From a virus: DNA of 64,000 bases. Positions 9,166-18,741 of the stretch are shown piece after piece; position 1 is the stretch's first letter, and each line of letters begins with the position of its first letter. Below the pieces are notes generated by a model. It did not search any database, had not been told where the DNA came from, and saw only the letters and a list, made by a program, of their open reading frames with translations. The position numbers and the translations under genes are program-made. The stretch lies in the IMG/VR virus record IMGVR_UViG_3300005841_000035, positions 7,487 through 71,486 of that record; one strand, given 5' to 3'.

Positions 9166-9405
9166 CTAGTCCCCCAGCGAACGCCAGCCGTCCGCGATGG
9201 CCTTCTGCTCCAGGTGCCCCAGCAGCCCCGCGAGCAGGTGCGGGTCGATGGGTTCGTGACGATAAACGCGCATCACATACGCGTCCGGCTCGTGCCGGCG
9301 GAATTCGAGCAGCGCCGCTTCCAGGCTGTCGTGGTCGTGGTCGAATTCGTGGCGGAAAACCACCACGCCCTTCTCCCGAATTTTCCAAACAATCGAATAT
9401 CTCAT
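9166..9405 (-). CDS. Hypothetical protein
   Basis: Follows promoter TTGACT-N17-GACATT (9411-9439). Confidence 0.55.
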   Translation of the reverse strand: MRYSIVWKIREKGVVVFRHEFDHDHDSLEAALLEFRRHEPDAYVMRVYRHEPIDPHLLAGLLGHLEQKAIADGWRSLGD

Positions 9406-9448
9406 GGCGTAATGTCGCCCATCCGTGGGCGACAGTCAAGGTCGCAAA

Positions 9449-9703
9449 CTACTTTTTGATTGACCGGGGAATCCCCAATGGCTTTAGGTTAAAAATGATG
9501 CGGAGGTCACTGGACTTCAGCGGAACGCCCGTCAACCGCTCCGTCTCGCGCGCGGATGACCCGCGGCGCGCGTTGCACTTGGCCAGCTTTTCTTCAGTGG
9601 TCAGCGCGTCGTGCGCCGCCTGCCGCTGTTCGGCTTCTTGCCGCTTGCGGTCGCGTCGTGCGTCCGCCTTGATTTGACTGTAGCCTTCGGTTTTGATTCT
9701 CAT
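9449..9703 (-). CDS. Small basic coiled-coil protein
   Basis: ORF in the early arm. Confidence 0.5.
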   Translation of the reverse strand: MRIKTEGYSQIKADARRDRKRQEAEQRQAAHDALTTEEKLAKCNARRGSSARETERLTGVPLKSSDLRIIFNLKPLGIPRSIKK

Positions 9704-10109
9704 AGTTATCCCATCTCGGCAAGGCGTGCCATGCCGTCATTGTATTCGCGTTCCTCGCGCGGGGTCAGATGCATCACCGTCTTTCCGCTGTCTGGACCGG
9801 CCAGACAGGTTGCGATGACCACCTCGCGACTTGGTCCTGACTCGTCAGTGTGCGGCGTATCAAATTGTTTTTGTTTCATAGCGAGGGCTGGACTTCGGTC
9901 ATGCGGGCCTCACTTCGTTTTGTGCCTCGCCCACAACGCGCGTATCCACGGACACATCAAAGGCTTTTTTGATGCTGTCCTGCATGATGCCGGCCTGCAA
10001 TGCGGGCAGCCTTTCCTTGGTCGTGGCGCTGGTCTGTGCGCAGCGCGCGAACCAGGAAAACGCCTCGAAGTCGGTGAAGTGCAGCGTGACAGAGTAAACA
10101 TTCATGGTG

Positions 10110-10358
10110 TTACAGGGTTTCGAGCGTGAGAAACTTGCTGTCCTTGGGGAACAGCGTGAGCCGATGCCAGTCGGCGCTGCGCAGCGCGACGTAAACCGGC
10201 GTGTTGCCGGCGGGGAAATAACCGACGCGAACCCATCGGTCACGAAACGGAACGCCGGCGGGGCAGACGTCCACAATGGTGGCGCTGTAGCTGCCGCCGT
10301 CAAATCCGGCGAACACAACAGCCGCCCCGATGTCTTTTTTGCTGAACGAATTTTTCAT
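10110..10358 (-). CDS. Hypothetical protein
   Basis: Follows promoter TTGACA-N17-GACCTT (10364-10392). Confidence 0.55.
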   Translation of the reverse strand: MKNSFSKKDIGAAVVFAGFDGGSYSATIVDVCPAGVPFRDRWVRVGYFPAGNTPVYVALRSADWHRLTLFPKDSKFLTLETL

Positions 10359-10411
10359 TGAGTAAGGTCGGCCCTCCGTGGCCGAATGTCAAGCGGTGAG
10401 GTGTGGAAAAA

Positions 10412-10606
10412 TTAAGCGATGCCGCACGCCTTGAGGAACCGCGCGCGGTCAAAATTCGGGTTAGCGTCAGCGGCCACGCGGCACACGCACTCGATGGCTT
10501 GCCGGGTGGCGTTTAGGGCGATGGTCACAGGGAGCGTGTCGCCCTTCAACAGTTCGACTTGGGCGCGGAATTCGGCGGCGAGGGCGATGAAGTGTTTTCG
10601 GCTCAT
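10412..10606 (-). CDS. Small phage protein (MSRKHF..NPNFDRARFLKACG type)
   Basis: Motif common in phage early genes. Confidence 0.7.
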   Translation of the reverse strand: MSRKHFIALAAEFRAQVELLKGDTLPVTIALNATRQAIECVCRVAADANPNFDRARFLKACGIA

Positions 10607-10708
10607 AAGTTGTTGCTAATCAGTTTGTTGTTATCTTACCGACGCCACAACATACCACCGCCAGGAGAATGCGCAAGCGGAAAGAATACTTGCCGAAAGA
10701 TAGGGGAG

Positions 10709-11143
10709 TTACGGACCCGTCGGCCCCGTAGGGCCGTTCAGGTTCCAAAAGCCCGCGGCGATGAGCGTGAACGGCGACACATCGCCGCAGCCGGTGATAC
10801 AGTCAACTGTGCGGTCATCGAACCAAGCGCGGTCACGACGCACGAACAGACGCCGGATGGTGTCGAATTCGAAAACATTTGCCTCGCGGCCGGCGCGCTC
10901 GAAAAACGGAAGCAGCAAGTTGAAGTGAGCGCGCGATATGTGCGGCGCCAGTAAAAGTTTGAAGACGGCCACGCCGCAGAACGATGCAACGTCAGCGGAG
11001 CCGGGGTAGTGGTATTTCGACTTGCCGCCGTAGAGCGTCCACAAGCGTTCTAGTTCCTCGTCTGGCGTCGCAACAAAAACGTCCGCGCGCTGCTCGCTTG
11101 GAATCGGCAGCGTCACCATCTTCAATTCATCAGCGGCTTCCAT
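10709..11143 (-). CDS. Hypothetical protein ending in GPTGPTGP
   Basis: ORF with a collagen-like C-terminal tail. Confidence 0.55.
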   Translation of the reverse strand: MEAADELKMVTLPIPSEQRADVFVATPDEELERLWTLYGGKSKYHYPGSADVASFCGVAVFKLLLAPHISRAHFNLLLPFFERAGREANVFEFDTIRRLFVRRDRAWFDDRTVDCITGCGDVSPFTLIAAGFWNLNGPTGPTGP

Positions 11144-11743
11144 GATGAGAGACGAGCGCGCAGATTAGCGCGACGAAGGAGAGGATGACGAGCCACCACA
11201 TCACCACATCAAGCGGATTAGTATGATGCAGAAGGCGACCACAAAAACAAACCGGCACCACTCATCGTTGCTCCAGTTTTTCATACCGTTGGCCATTCCT
11301 CGTTGCCCTCGCTTTGCTTCGCTACGGCGGTGCCGAAGGATTTGACGTAACGCCCGGCCTTGGTCCGTCTGAACGACGGGTCGTTACTCGGATGAACTCG
11401 TGGAAAGTTCACCTCGTCGAGGTTCTCAGCGTATGCGACCGCGTCAGTGGTTCTGTCCGAGTCGCCCTTACCAGCCCCCTCGAGACCAAAGCTGCGGTTG
11501 CTACCGCGCTGGCCTGATTTGATTTGTGGATTCATACGGATTTTGCTCGGCTGAGGATTCGCTCGCGGGCTACGACAGGATTTCCATCCTCGGCGATTTG
11601 TTCCGCGGCCCACAGCAACGCCTCGCGACGAACTTCAGAGATTAGCTTGGTCGTCACACGATTGGGCAGGTCCCAGTATTCGCCGTGGCCACAGCACACG
11701 CCGCGTTCAACGCCGTGGTCGTCGATGATTTGTTTCGTGGTTC

Positions 11744-11998
11744 TCACTTGCGTTTGAAGATGTGCTTGAAAAATTCCCAGATGAACACGCCAATGAATGC
11801 GATGATGGTCGCAGCCGCGGCGATTAAACAAGGGATAAGCACCACCAACAAAACAAAAGGGATGATTCCCCACAGAGGGCAGGTGACCCACCACCACGAC
11901 CAGCCGATGACCCCCGTGAGTTTCAACACGAGGAACACCAGGAACAGCAAAAACGCTGGCGAGGTGCCGAAGTTTATGTTTCGTTTTGTATCAGACAT
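11744..11998 (-). CDS. Phage transmembrane protein (LKLTG.I.WSWWWV..PLW type)
   Basis: Characteristic motif and hydrophobic helices. Confidence 0.75.
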   Translation of the reverse strand: MSDTKRNINFGTSPAFLLFLVFLVLKLTGVIGWSWWWVTCPLWGIIPFVLLVVLIPCLIAAAATIIAFIGVFIWEFFKHIFKRK

Positions 11999-12354
11999 AA
12001 ATTCTGTTTGTGTTGGCGCGCTAACGCCAGTTGAACTTTCAAGGCCTCGCACCACGCCGTGGCAACCGCGGCCACCTGGACAAGTTCCTCGTAGAGTTTT
12101 GCGTCGCTGCCGGCTTCGCATCCGGGCTTGCAACAGCGTTCACACAGCACGCGCGCCACCTCTCCGAGTTCCTCAGTGAGAACACAGCACTTGACCTGCT
12201 CGGTGATGGTGTCGTCCGCGCACGTCGCAGGAAACTTCCCCGCGGCCTTGAGCGATTCCTGGCGCTCACGCTCGCGGCTGATGTCGGTCAGCACCTCGAA
12301 ACGAAACCACGAGGGACCCACCGCGCCGTATCCATCGATATGCAGGGTGCTCAT
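11974..12354 (-). CDS. MazG-like nucleotide pyrophosphohydrolase
   Basis: ERERQ...LTEELGEVAR...EELVQVAAVATAW. Confidence 0.8.
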   Translation of the reverse strand: MSTLHIDGYGAVGPSWFRFEVLTDISRERERQESLKAAGKFPATCADDTITEQVKCCVLTEELGEVARVLCERCCKPGCEAGSDAKLYEELVQVAAVATAWCEALKVQLALARQHKQNLCLIQNET

Positions 12355-13199
12355 ACGCTGGGCAGTTCCTCGGTCGGGTCGTTGTTGATGGGCTCGCCAG
12401 TGATGGCGTCCACTTCCTGCTCGCCAGTGGGCAGAGCGTCAAAAGCGTTCGCGTCACCCTGCGCAGCCTCGGCGGCGGCTTTGGCTGCGGCCTGCTCGGC
12501 CTGCTGCTGCAACAAAGCGTTGAAGTAAACGTTGATTGCCTGGGCGATGAGGTCCGCGCAAAACTTGTCACGCGTGATGGCGATTGGCTGGTCGTCGTGA
12601 GTCGCAACATATTTTTGCGTCCACGGCACATTCGCCGGATGATTTTTCGGGGCCGGCCTGTCCGCGATTTTGACAAAAGTCCCATCGGGCGCGGGATTAA
12701 AAACGAGTTTCGGCGGCTCGGGTGCAGGCGCCGGCGGGCGAGGGTCCGCAATGGGATGGCCCTGCGCGTTGACGGGTTGAATGAGGTTACTCATGGGCGG
12801 TGTCGGTTTCTTGAGTTGGTTTTGGAGTGCGGTTAGTTTCGATTGCAGGTCCGTTATTTGGTTCTGCAAAGATTGGTTGCCATTGGGCGCCGGGTTCGTC
12901 GCCACGTTTTTGATAGGCGAGGGGACGGCGCCCTTTCTTGGCTGCTGTTGCTGCATCGTCTGCCGTGCGCGCTGCGGCGCTGGCGCCCGACGCAGGTGTT
13001 TCTTCTCGCTCCCCGGCAGTGGTTCCATCTGATTGAACGCGGCCGCTGATGATTTCACCAGCTCGCGTGCCTCGGGCGGCGTTACTTGTTCGGCGAGTCT
13101 TCGTAGGTTGCGCCTTTCACGTTCGAGCGTTGAAACAGGGTCATTAAAAATTGGCTGGATTGGTCCAGGTGGCGGCGGTCCGCGCAAGTCGTCACTCAT
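12351..13199 (-). CDS. Pro/Gln-rich hypothetical protein with coiled coil
   Basis: 282-aa ORF coupled to both neighbours. Confidence 0.6.
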   Translation of the reverse strand: MSDDLRGPPPPGPIQPIFNDPVSTLERERRNLRRLAEQVTPPEARELVKSSAAAFNQMEPLPGSEKKHLRRAPAPQRARQTMQQQQPRKGAVPSPIKNVATNPAPNGNQSLQNQITDLQSKLTALQNQLKKPTPPMSNLIQPVNAQGHPIADPRPPAPAPEPPKLVFNPAPDGTFVKIADRPAPKNHPANVPWTQKYVATHDDQPIAITRDKFCADLIAQAINVYFNALLQQQAEQAAAKAAAEAAQGDANAFDALPTGEQEVDAITGEPINNDPTEELPSV

Positions 13200-13417
13200 A
13201 TGCGGGTAAAAAGTTCGAGGCGCTTAATGCGAAGCTCGAGCGCGTCCACCTTCGCGTTCAACACGGCTTGGCGTCGGCTGACGTTGTATAGGCCCAGCTC
13301 ACCAGAGCGGCCCTCGGGTCCAGGTGGCCCAGGCGGACCAGGGATTCCCGCTGGCCCTTGACGGCAGAGCAAACATCCGGCGACAAACCCGAAGATGAAA
13401 AGGAAAAGCAGGCTCAT
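13196..13417 (-). CDS. Small membrane-anchored collagen-repeat protein
   Basis: N-terminal hydrophobic helix, GPAGIPGPPGPPGPEG, C-terminal coiled coil. Confidence 0.6.
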   Translation of the reverse strand: MSLLFLFIFGFVAGCLLCRQGPAGIPGPPGPPGPEGRSGELGLYNVSRRQAVLNAKVDALELRIKRLELFTRI

Positions 13418-13640
13418 AAGATTTTGCCAGACTCGAATGGACCAACCGCAGCCTTGACGTCCACCTTGGCCGGCGCCAGATACTGCAACATGACCGGAAG
13501 CGCCGCGTCATGTGCAGCCCCGGACGAATATATGAGGATAACTTGCAGAGCGACGCGCACCTTGGGCGGAATGTCGGAGCCCTTGAGGGTAGCCGAGACG
13601 TTGGCCAGGATGTCCTGGATGTTTTTGTAGTCGGCGTTAG

Positions 13641-13874
13641 TCATACGTTCAGGTCCCTTCCTTCGGGCATTGTGAAACAGCCGCGGTGATACATCACGCT
13701 GGTTCCCTTCCCCTTGTTTACCTTGTGCTGCCACACCCAATACTTTCGCGGGACATGGACATCACGCCTCACCGGTCCGATGCCCAGCAGGCCGTTCACT
13801 GCGTTGATGGTGCTGACCATTCGGCGCTCTCCGTTGCGCATCTCAACAATAATTTGCGGCGGTTTCATTCTCAT
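13641..13874 (-). CDS. Hypothetical protein
   Basis: Directly after the promoter at 13876-13907. Confidence 0.55.
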   Translation of the reverse strand: MRMKPPQIIVEMRNGERRMVSTINAVNGLLGIGPVRRDVHVPRKYWVWQHKVNKGKGTSVMYHRGCFTMPEGRDLNV

Positions 13875-13903
13875 CCTTACCAGTGTGGCATTTTCCGAAA
13901 ATG

Positions 13904-14698
13904 TTAAGTGATTTCGTCTTTGCGTCCCATCTTGCGCGTCGCGGCACGGGCAATTGCGTCCTCGGAATAGATGTCCCGAAGCTTCACCCAGGGCGAGCCG
14001 GTGTCATTTAGGAAAAGCTTGCGCTCAATGCGACGCATCCACTCAGCCAAATGCGCGTGCAGCGGGTTAAATTCATCAAGTGTGATGTCGGGCGGGTATG
14101 CCTTGGCCATGACCACATCATTCCATTGGTCGGACCGCCAGCGGTGCAGCGTGAGCCAACGGTTGTGAACTAAAAACGCGCGCATGTAATCGAGCTGAGG
14201 CGCCAACGCATACATACCCTCGGCATCGAGCGCGCCCAGGTGCGTGTTCTCATAGTCCCCGTGCTTGGTGCAAATGCGAATTGCCCAGCGACCCAGGCAG
14301 AGGTTCCACCTCACGCCCACGAGCCGGCGAGTCTGGCCTTCATCGTCTGTCCAAACAGGCAGCCTGTTCTCGGCGCAGGTGTCGAAGGTCCGTGTGCTGC
14401 GTGAACGCTTTCGCTTTTTCGGTGGCCCGGCCTTGGCCTTCTCGATTTTGTCAAACCACTGCGCCTTGTCGTGGAACTTGGTCTCGGCCACCCTGGCTTT
14501 GACGGTGTCCTCAAAAGACAGCGCCCGCTCGCGCGCGTTGGCCGCAAGCGTGCAGTCGTCGCCACCGTCCCGCGCGTAGAGGTTGAACGTGCCCCAATAC
14601 TCGGCCAGTTGCCGGATGTATTTGTTCAACTGGGCGCGGCGCTCGCTATTGACGCTGGCCTTTCGTCGGTTCCGCTTTCGTTCAACTTCACTCAGCAT
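13904..14698 (-). CDS. Putative DNA-binding protein with AP2-like segment
   Basis: LVGVRWN...RWAIRI...THLG; basic N-terminus; promoter at 14705-14736. Confidence 0.45.
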   Translation of the reverse strand: MLSEVERKRNRRKASVNSERRAQLNKYIRQLAEYWGTFNLYARDGGDDCTLAANARERALSFEDTVKARVAETKFHDKAQWFDKIEKAKAGPPKKRKRSRSTRTFDTCAENRLPVWTDDEGQTRRLVGVRWNLCLGRWAIRICTKHGDYENTHLGALDAEGMYALAPQLDYMRAFLVHNRWLTLHRWRSDQWNDVVMAKAYPPDITLDEFNPLHAHLAEWMRRIERKLFLNDTGSPWVKLRDIYSEDAIARAATRKMGRKDEIT

Positions 14699-14748
14699 TC
14701 TACTGTTACCAGTGCGCCGCTTTTGCGAAAAGTTAAGCTGGAAAAATG

Positions 14749-14870
14749 TTAGACGGGTAGCACCTTCCAGTGTTTACCTGATGGATTTGTTAAGGTCCTA
14801 TTATATAAAATTTCTCCAAATGTAGTTCAAACCATGAGTAGGTAGACACTGGAAGGTGCTACCCGTCTAA
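14749..14870. repeat. 31-bp inverted repeat (1 mismatch) flanking a 60-bp AT-rich spacer
   Basis: 14749-14779 TTAGACGGGTAGCACCTTCCAGTGTTTACCT vs reverse complement of 14840-14870. Confidence 0.95.
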
Positions 14871-15033
14871 GAATTCGAAATCCAAGGGCTCGAGGTCCTC
14901 GGTCCCAGGTCCCCGTGATGTGGTATGCTCCTGTCTGCATGGCCCTTTTCGTCTTTTGGCGCGTGGCATTTTGCAATGAGTCGAGTATCCTAAGTGAGTT
15001 ACTTAGGATTGCAAACTGCACGATTTGGGTCGG

Positions 15034-15456
15034 CTAGACCGCGGTGTAGATATCGGTGACGATGCAGTTTTTCAGGCTGTCGAAGGTGACGTTGTCGTGA
15101 ATGATGCCGTCCACGACCGCGAAGACGTGGCCAGTAATCCGGAAGACATAGCGCCCGGGAAACTTGTGGTCTCGCAATAGCGTTTTGACGCGCTTCCGAT
15201 TGCCTTTGGCAAACTGCTGGCGTGTGAACAGGTCCGGCCTCTTTTCGGCCACGATGCGAAACTTGAATCCTCGGCCCAGTCTGCGGCCCAGCTCGTGCAA
15301 AGCCTTGTGCGCCTCGATGTAAGGCACGTTGCGCGCCACGGCGAAGGCGCGAACCGTGCAGTCCTTTTGCTCGCCGCGCAGCCCGGCAGCATTGCGGCCA
15401 GCGTCGGTGATGCGCAGCGGTATGGTGGAATCGACTGCGAGAATGGTGTCATTCAT
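15034..15456 (-). CDS. Conserved phage protein (DCTVRA...HVFAVVDG..HD)
   Basis: Motif pattern; promoter TTGCAA-N17-GATATT at 15464-15492. Confidence 0.65.
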   Translation of the reverse strand: MNDTILAVDSTIPLRITDAGRNAAGLRGEQKDCTVRAFAVARNVPYIEAHKALHELGRRLGRGFKFRIVAEKRPDLFTRQQFAKGNRKRVKTLLRDHKFPGRYVFRITGHVFAVVDGIIHDNVTFDSLKNCIVTDIYTAV

Positions 15457-15514
15457 GCGCCCGAATATCGCACAGGCGCCTTTACATTGCAAGCGAATCG
15501 CACACTTCTTTTGC

Positions 15515-15688
15515 ATGGATGACCCGAAAAACATCGAGCGTCGGCTGTTCCAATGCGCGCCGCAGGCGGCTAAGGACCTGAACGACAAGGCCAAGAAGTT
15601 GATACGCCAGCAGAAGCGCGCAGACTGGTGGAAGCAACACGCGGACCAACGCTCACGCAAACCACTATCAGGCAATGGGCAGGCTTAA
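15515..15688 (+). CDS. Small basic protein
   Basis: Start MDDPKN after TTTACA-N16-CACTTCT (15481-15509). Confidence 0.5.
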   Translation: MDDPKNIERRLFQCAPQAAKDLNDKAKKLIRQQKRADWWKQHADQRSRKPLSGNGQA

Positions 15689-16424
15689 CAAAAATCGATT
15701 GGACGTGAGCCAGATTCTGCTGGTCTACGTTGCGATGGTCGGTGACGTCAACCGCACGGCTGCCGCTTTGGACATGGACCCCGCAGTGGTCCGACAGCTT
15801 GCGACGCAAGAGGGCTGGGAGAATAAGATTCAACGTGTTACGATGCTGTCGAAGTCCAACCGCCCAGGCGATTGGGAGAAGGCACAGAACCGCGCGTTGT
15901 GCTTTGTGCAAGGCCATCGTATCCGGAACCTTGTGGACCGTGTCATTCTGCACTTCGAGGACATGACAGAGGAAGAGGTTTGCGCCGAGATTACCGCGAC
16001 GGGCAAGAACGGCGTCCGTCATGTGTCCGCCCGCTTTTTCACTGACCTTGCCGCAGCCGCAGAGAAGGCGCATTCAATGTGTTACGCTGCACTCGATGAC
16101 ACCATCACAGCCCGTAACGAACGCGGCGAGGAACCGGACCAGATGAATGCGAGTGCGCTTCATGCCGCGGTGATGGCGTCCCTCAACTCTGGCGCTGCCG
16201 CCGGCAAGCCTGCCGATGTGATTGTCAGGGAGTTGGCTGAGGAAACACAACCTGTAGTGGTGCGCCAAATTGACACCACAACTGAGCGAACCGAGGTCGA
16301 GCTGCCGAATCATAAGTGTTCTGCTTATGATTCGGACTGTCCAACTGTCCAACCTGAGCCCGTTACCGTTAAAGCCGAGCCCTCGGACCCCGTTCCGCAG
16401 GTCCCAGGACCCCAGTCCGAGTGA
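15675..16424 (+). CDS. Terminase small subunit candidate (N-terminal HTH)
   Basis: GDVNRTAAALDMDPAVVRQLATQEGW HTH-like; helical core; near the start of the late strand. Confidence 0.45.
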   Translation: MGRLNKNRLDVSQILLVYVAMVGDVNRTAAALDMDPAVVRQLATQEGWENKIQRVTMLSKSNRPGDWEKAQNRALCFVQGHRIRNLVDRVILHFEDMTEEEVCAEITATGKNGVRHVSARFFTDLAAAAEKAHSMCYAALDDTITARNERGEEPDQMNASALHAAVMASLNSGAAAGKPADVIVRELAEETQPVVVRQIDTTTERTEVELPNHKCSAYDSDCPTVQPEPVTVKAEPSDPVPQVPGPQSE

Positions 16425-16731
16425 CAACGTTGCGTATCAAGGTGTTGCGTGTGTCCAGTGTGGCAATGTTGGGGAACACCTGGGCCTCGGCAGCCCTTGC
16501 CTAGCGATGCTGACCTTGTGTCTAGTTACTGGGCATGTGCGCAAGGGACTGAGTGACAAGGACCTCGGTGTCTGTGACGTTAATGTAGCAGGAAGCGTGC
16601 CAATCCTCGGTGTTTTGACCGGGGGGAGCGGGGCCAGGGGGTCGCGCTCAGACACTCGAGCGCGATTTGAAAAAAAGTCCTCGCGCGGGAAATTTTGGCC
16701 CAACTGTGCAGTTCTGACATACCCGTGACCT

Positions 16732-16923
16732 ATGAGCCTCAAACACCGGTTGTCTGACCCCGAGATTGCCCAGCTTCAGCAGGTCATGCTGCACGAGGGG
16801 ATTAAGCCGTCCGAGGTCTACTTCCCTGGCGCGCTGACGGACCTTTTGGGCAAGGGCCTCATCCGAATCGAATACGGGCGTTACTGGCCGAACTGGGACG
16901 CCATCAGCCGTTCGGGTCAATGA
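16732..16923 (+). CDS. Small winged-helix-like protein
   Basis: LTDLLGKGLIRIEYGRY. Confidence 0.4.
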   Translation: MSLKHRLSDPEIAQLQQVMLHEGIKPSEVYFPGALTDLLGKGLIRIEYGRYWPNWDAISRSGQ

Positions 16924-16989
16924 CGGCTAAAACGAAGGCGGTGCGGCCCTTGACATTCCCAAAAACAGTGGCACTGGTAAGGGTAGCAT

Positions 16990-17256
16990 ATGAAAACGAA
17001 AACATCGCTAATCCAAAATCACGACCCGCGCGAGCTGCCCCCGTTTCCTTTTCTCGCGGAGTCCACCCACGAAGACCCCCGGCACTCCTTTACGGTTCTC
17101 TTTGTGAACGAGCACAGCGGCACCGTGGTCCATCGGGCGTCCGAGTTTGCCGCCTGGAGGGTCGGAACCTTTTACGAGGGCTTCACGAACGTCTGCCGCT
17201 CCAACCACTGGCGGGTTCTTTCACCCTCGGAAATCCTCACGCTCCAAAACGACTAA
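16990..17256 (+). CDS. Hypothetical protein
   Basis: After promoter TTGACA-N16-CACTGGT (16950-16981). Confidence 0.6.
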   Translation: MKTKTSLIQNHDPRELPPFPFLAESTHEDPRHSFTVLFVNEHSGTVVHRASEFAAWRVGTFYEGFTNVCRSNHWRVLSPSEILTLQND

Positions 17257-17597
17257 TGAAAACTTACGAAGAGATGCGCGCCCGGTATATCGCTCAGCGT
17301 GACGCGCGCGAGGCGGCGACCGCTGCCGCCCAGGATATCGTGGTTAAGGCGTGGAAGCTGGCCATCGAAGAAAAAATGGAGCAGGCATTCCAGGGCGCTC
17401 AGCCGCGCTATTCGGTGTCCGTTTATTCCAACAGCATCTCTTGGGAGCTGGCTCGGAATGAATACATGGATGAGGCTGTCGCGCGTGCGTCTCAGCAGCT
17501 CGTCGAGTTTTTCGTTGAGGCCGGCTTCCAGGCGCGAAAAATAGTTTGCGCTTCCGGCATCGGTGTGGAAGTGTCCTGGGACCCTGACGACAACTAA
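17256..17597 (+). CDS. Hypothetical protein
   Basis: TAATG coupling, start MKTYEE. Confidence 0.6.
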   Translation: MKTYEEMRARYIAQRDAREAATAAAQDIVVKAWKLAIEEKMEQAFQGAQPRYSVSVYSNSISWELARNEYMDEAVARASQQLVEFFVEAGFQARKIVCASGIGVEVSWDPDDN

Positions 17598-17747
17598 ACT
17601 TATGTTTTCACTCGCAACAATCCAACGAATGAATGCGGCAGTCGAACGCCGTAAACTCCAACGTCGCGCTCGCGCCATGAACGCCAAGACAAAAAAGAAA
17701 GCCGAGGCCGATGCCGCGACCAACCGCTTCCTACAGGACAACGACCA

Positions 17748-17999
17748 ATGAACGTCATCGACATGGTAAATAAGCCCTCCAAGGTTCTCGTCGGCGACGT
17801 GCCGTTGGGCGAGCCCTTCCTCAGCAATGCCGGATGTCTTTACGTCCGCTGTTCGCTCAATGCGGTCGTGCCCCAGGTGTTCATCAAAGCAGACGCCTGT
17901 TTTGCATTCCATGTGCAGACTGGGCAGGTGGTCTCTTTTCATCCGCGCGAAGAAGCGACGCGGGTCGAGGCCGAAACAATTATCAGAGCCACACTATGA
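17748..17999 (+). CDS. Hypothetical protein (paralog of 59047-59322)
   Basis: GDVPLGEPFL..G.LY pattern. Confidence 0.55.
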   Translation: MNVIDMVNKPSKVLVGDVPLGEPFLSNAGCLYVRCSLNAVVPQVFIKADACFAFHVQTGQVVSFHPREEATRVEAETIIRATL

Positions 18000-18397
18000 A
18001 AAAACCCGCAAAGAAACTCACCAAGAAGACGAAACGAATTCTGCGCAAGGCCGGCAAGGTTGCCGTGGACTTCGAGTCCGGCGTGAAGGAGTCCGGAGTT
18101 GGCGGAACACTGACCGCGGCCGAGCTGGAGAACCCCCATCTCTTTTTCTGGAAGACCCGCGACGGGCGTATCCTCCGGATAGCGGACATGCAGCTCGACC
18201 ACTTGCTCAATGCCCGCACGCTTTTGCGCCGTCGCATCGCCAAGCAGTCCGAGGTCGAGGAAGTCATGTCAAACGAAGTCCTCCGGCGCACGGGGTCGCG
18301 CCTGGATGGCGTCGCCCTGGACTCATGTGACCCGCTGGGGAAATACGCGGATGCCTGGGAAGATGCGGACCCTTACGACAACCACGGGCAACACTGA
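17996..18397 (+). CDS. Conserved phage protein (WKTRDG..I.DM..HL.N)
   Basis: Motif; ATGA coupling. Confidence 0.6.
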   Translation: MKKPAKKLTKKTKRILRKAGKVAVDFESGVKESGVGGTLTAAELENPHLFFWKTRDGRILRIADMQLDHLLNARTLLRRRIAKQSEVEEVMSNEVLRRTGSRLDGVALDSCDPLGKYADAWEDADPYDNHGQH

Positions 18398-18398
18398 T

Positions 18399-18740
18399 AT
18401 GGGATACTACACAAAATTCACCCTGGAATGGGCAGTTGGCGGCGCCGGCGCGGACCAAGAAGCCGTGAGGCAGGACGTCGCCAAATGGATACGCGGAAAC
18501 GAAGAGGCGCATTACGCGCTTAACGACGACGGCACTTTCTTTGAGTCGGCGAAGTGGTATGACTGGCAGACGGACCTGCGCGAACTGTCCGTCCTGATGC
18601 CCAACGTGTGGTTTGTCCTTCACGGATACGGCGAAGAGTCGGGGGACATATGGCGCGGATACGCCAAGGCCGGCAAGGTGGAAAAAGTGAAAGCCGAGCT
18701 GAAGTTCAAAGTCCCCGGCTTTTTCAAACTCAAACACTGA
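18399..18740 (+). CDS. Conserved phage protein (MGYYT..KWY..GEESGDIW)
   Basis: Motif pattern. Confidence 0.65.
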   Translation: MGYYTKFTLEWAVGGAGADQEAVRQDVAKWIRGNEEAHYALNDDGTFFESAKWYDWQTDLRELSVLMPNVWFVLHGYGEESGDIWRGYAKAGKVEKVKAELKFKVPGFFKLKH

Positions 18741-18741
18741 T

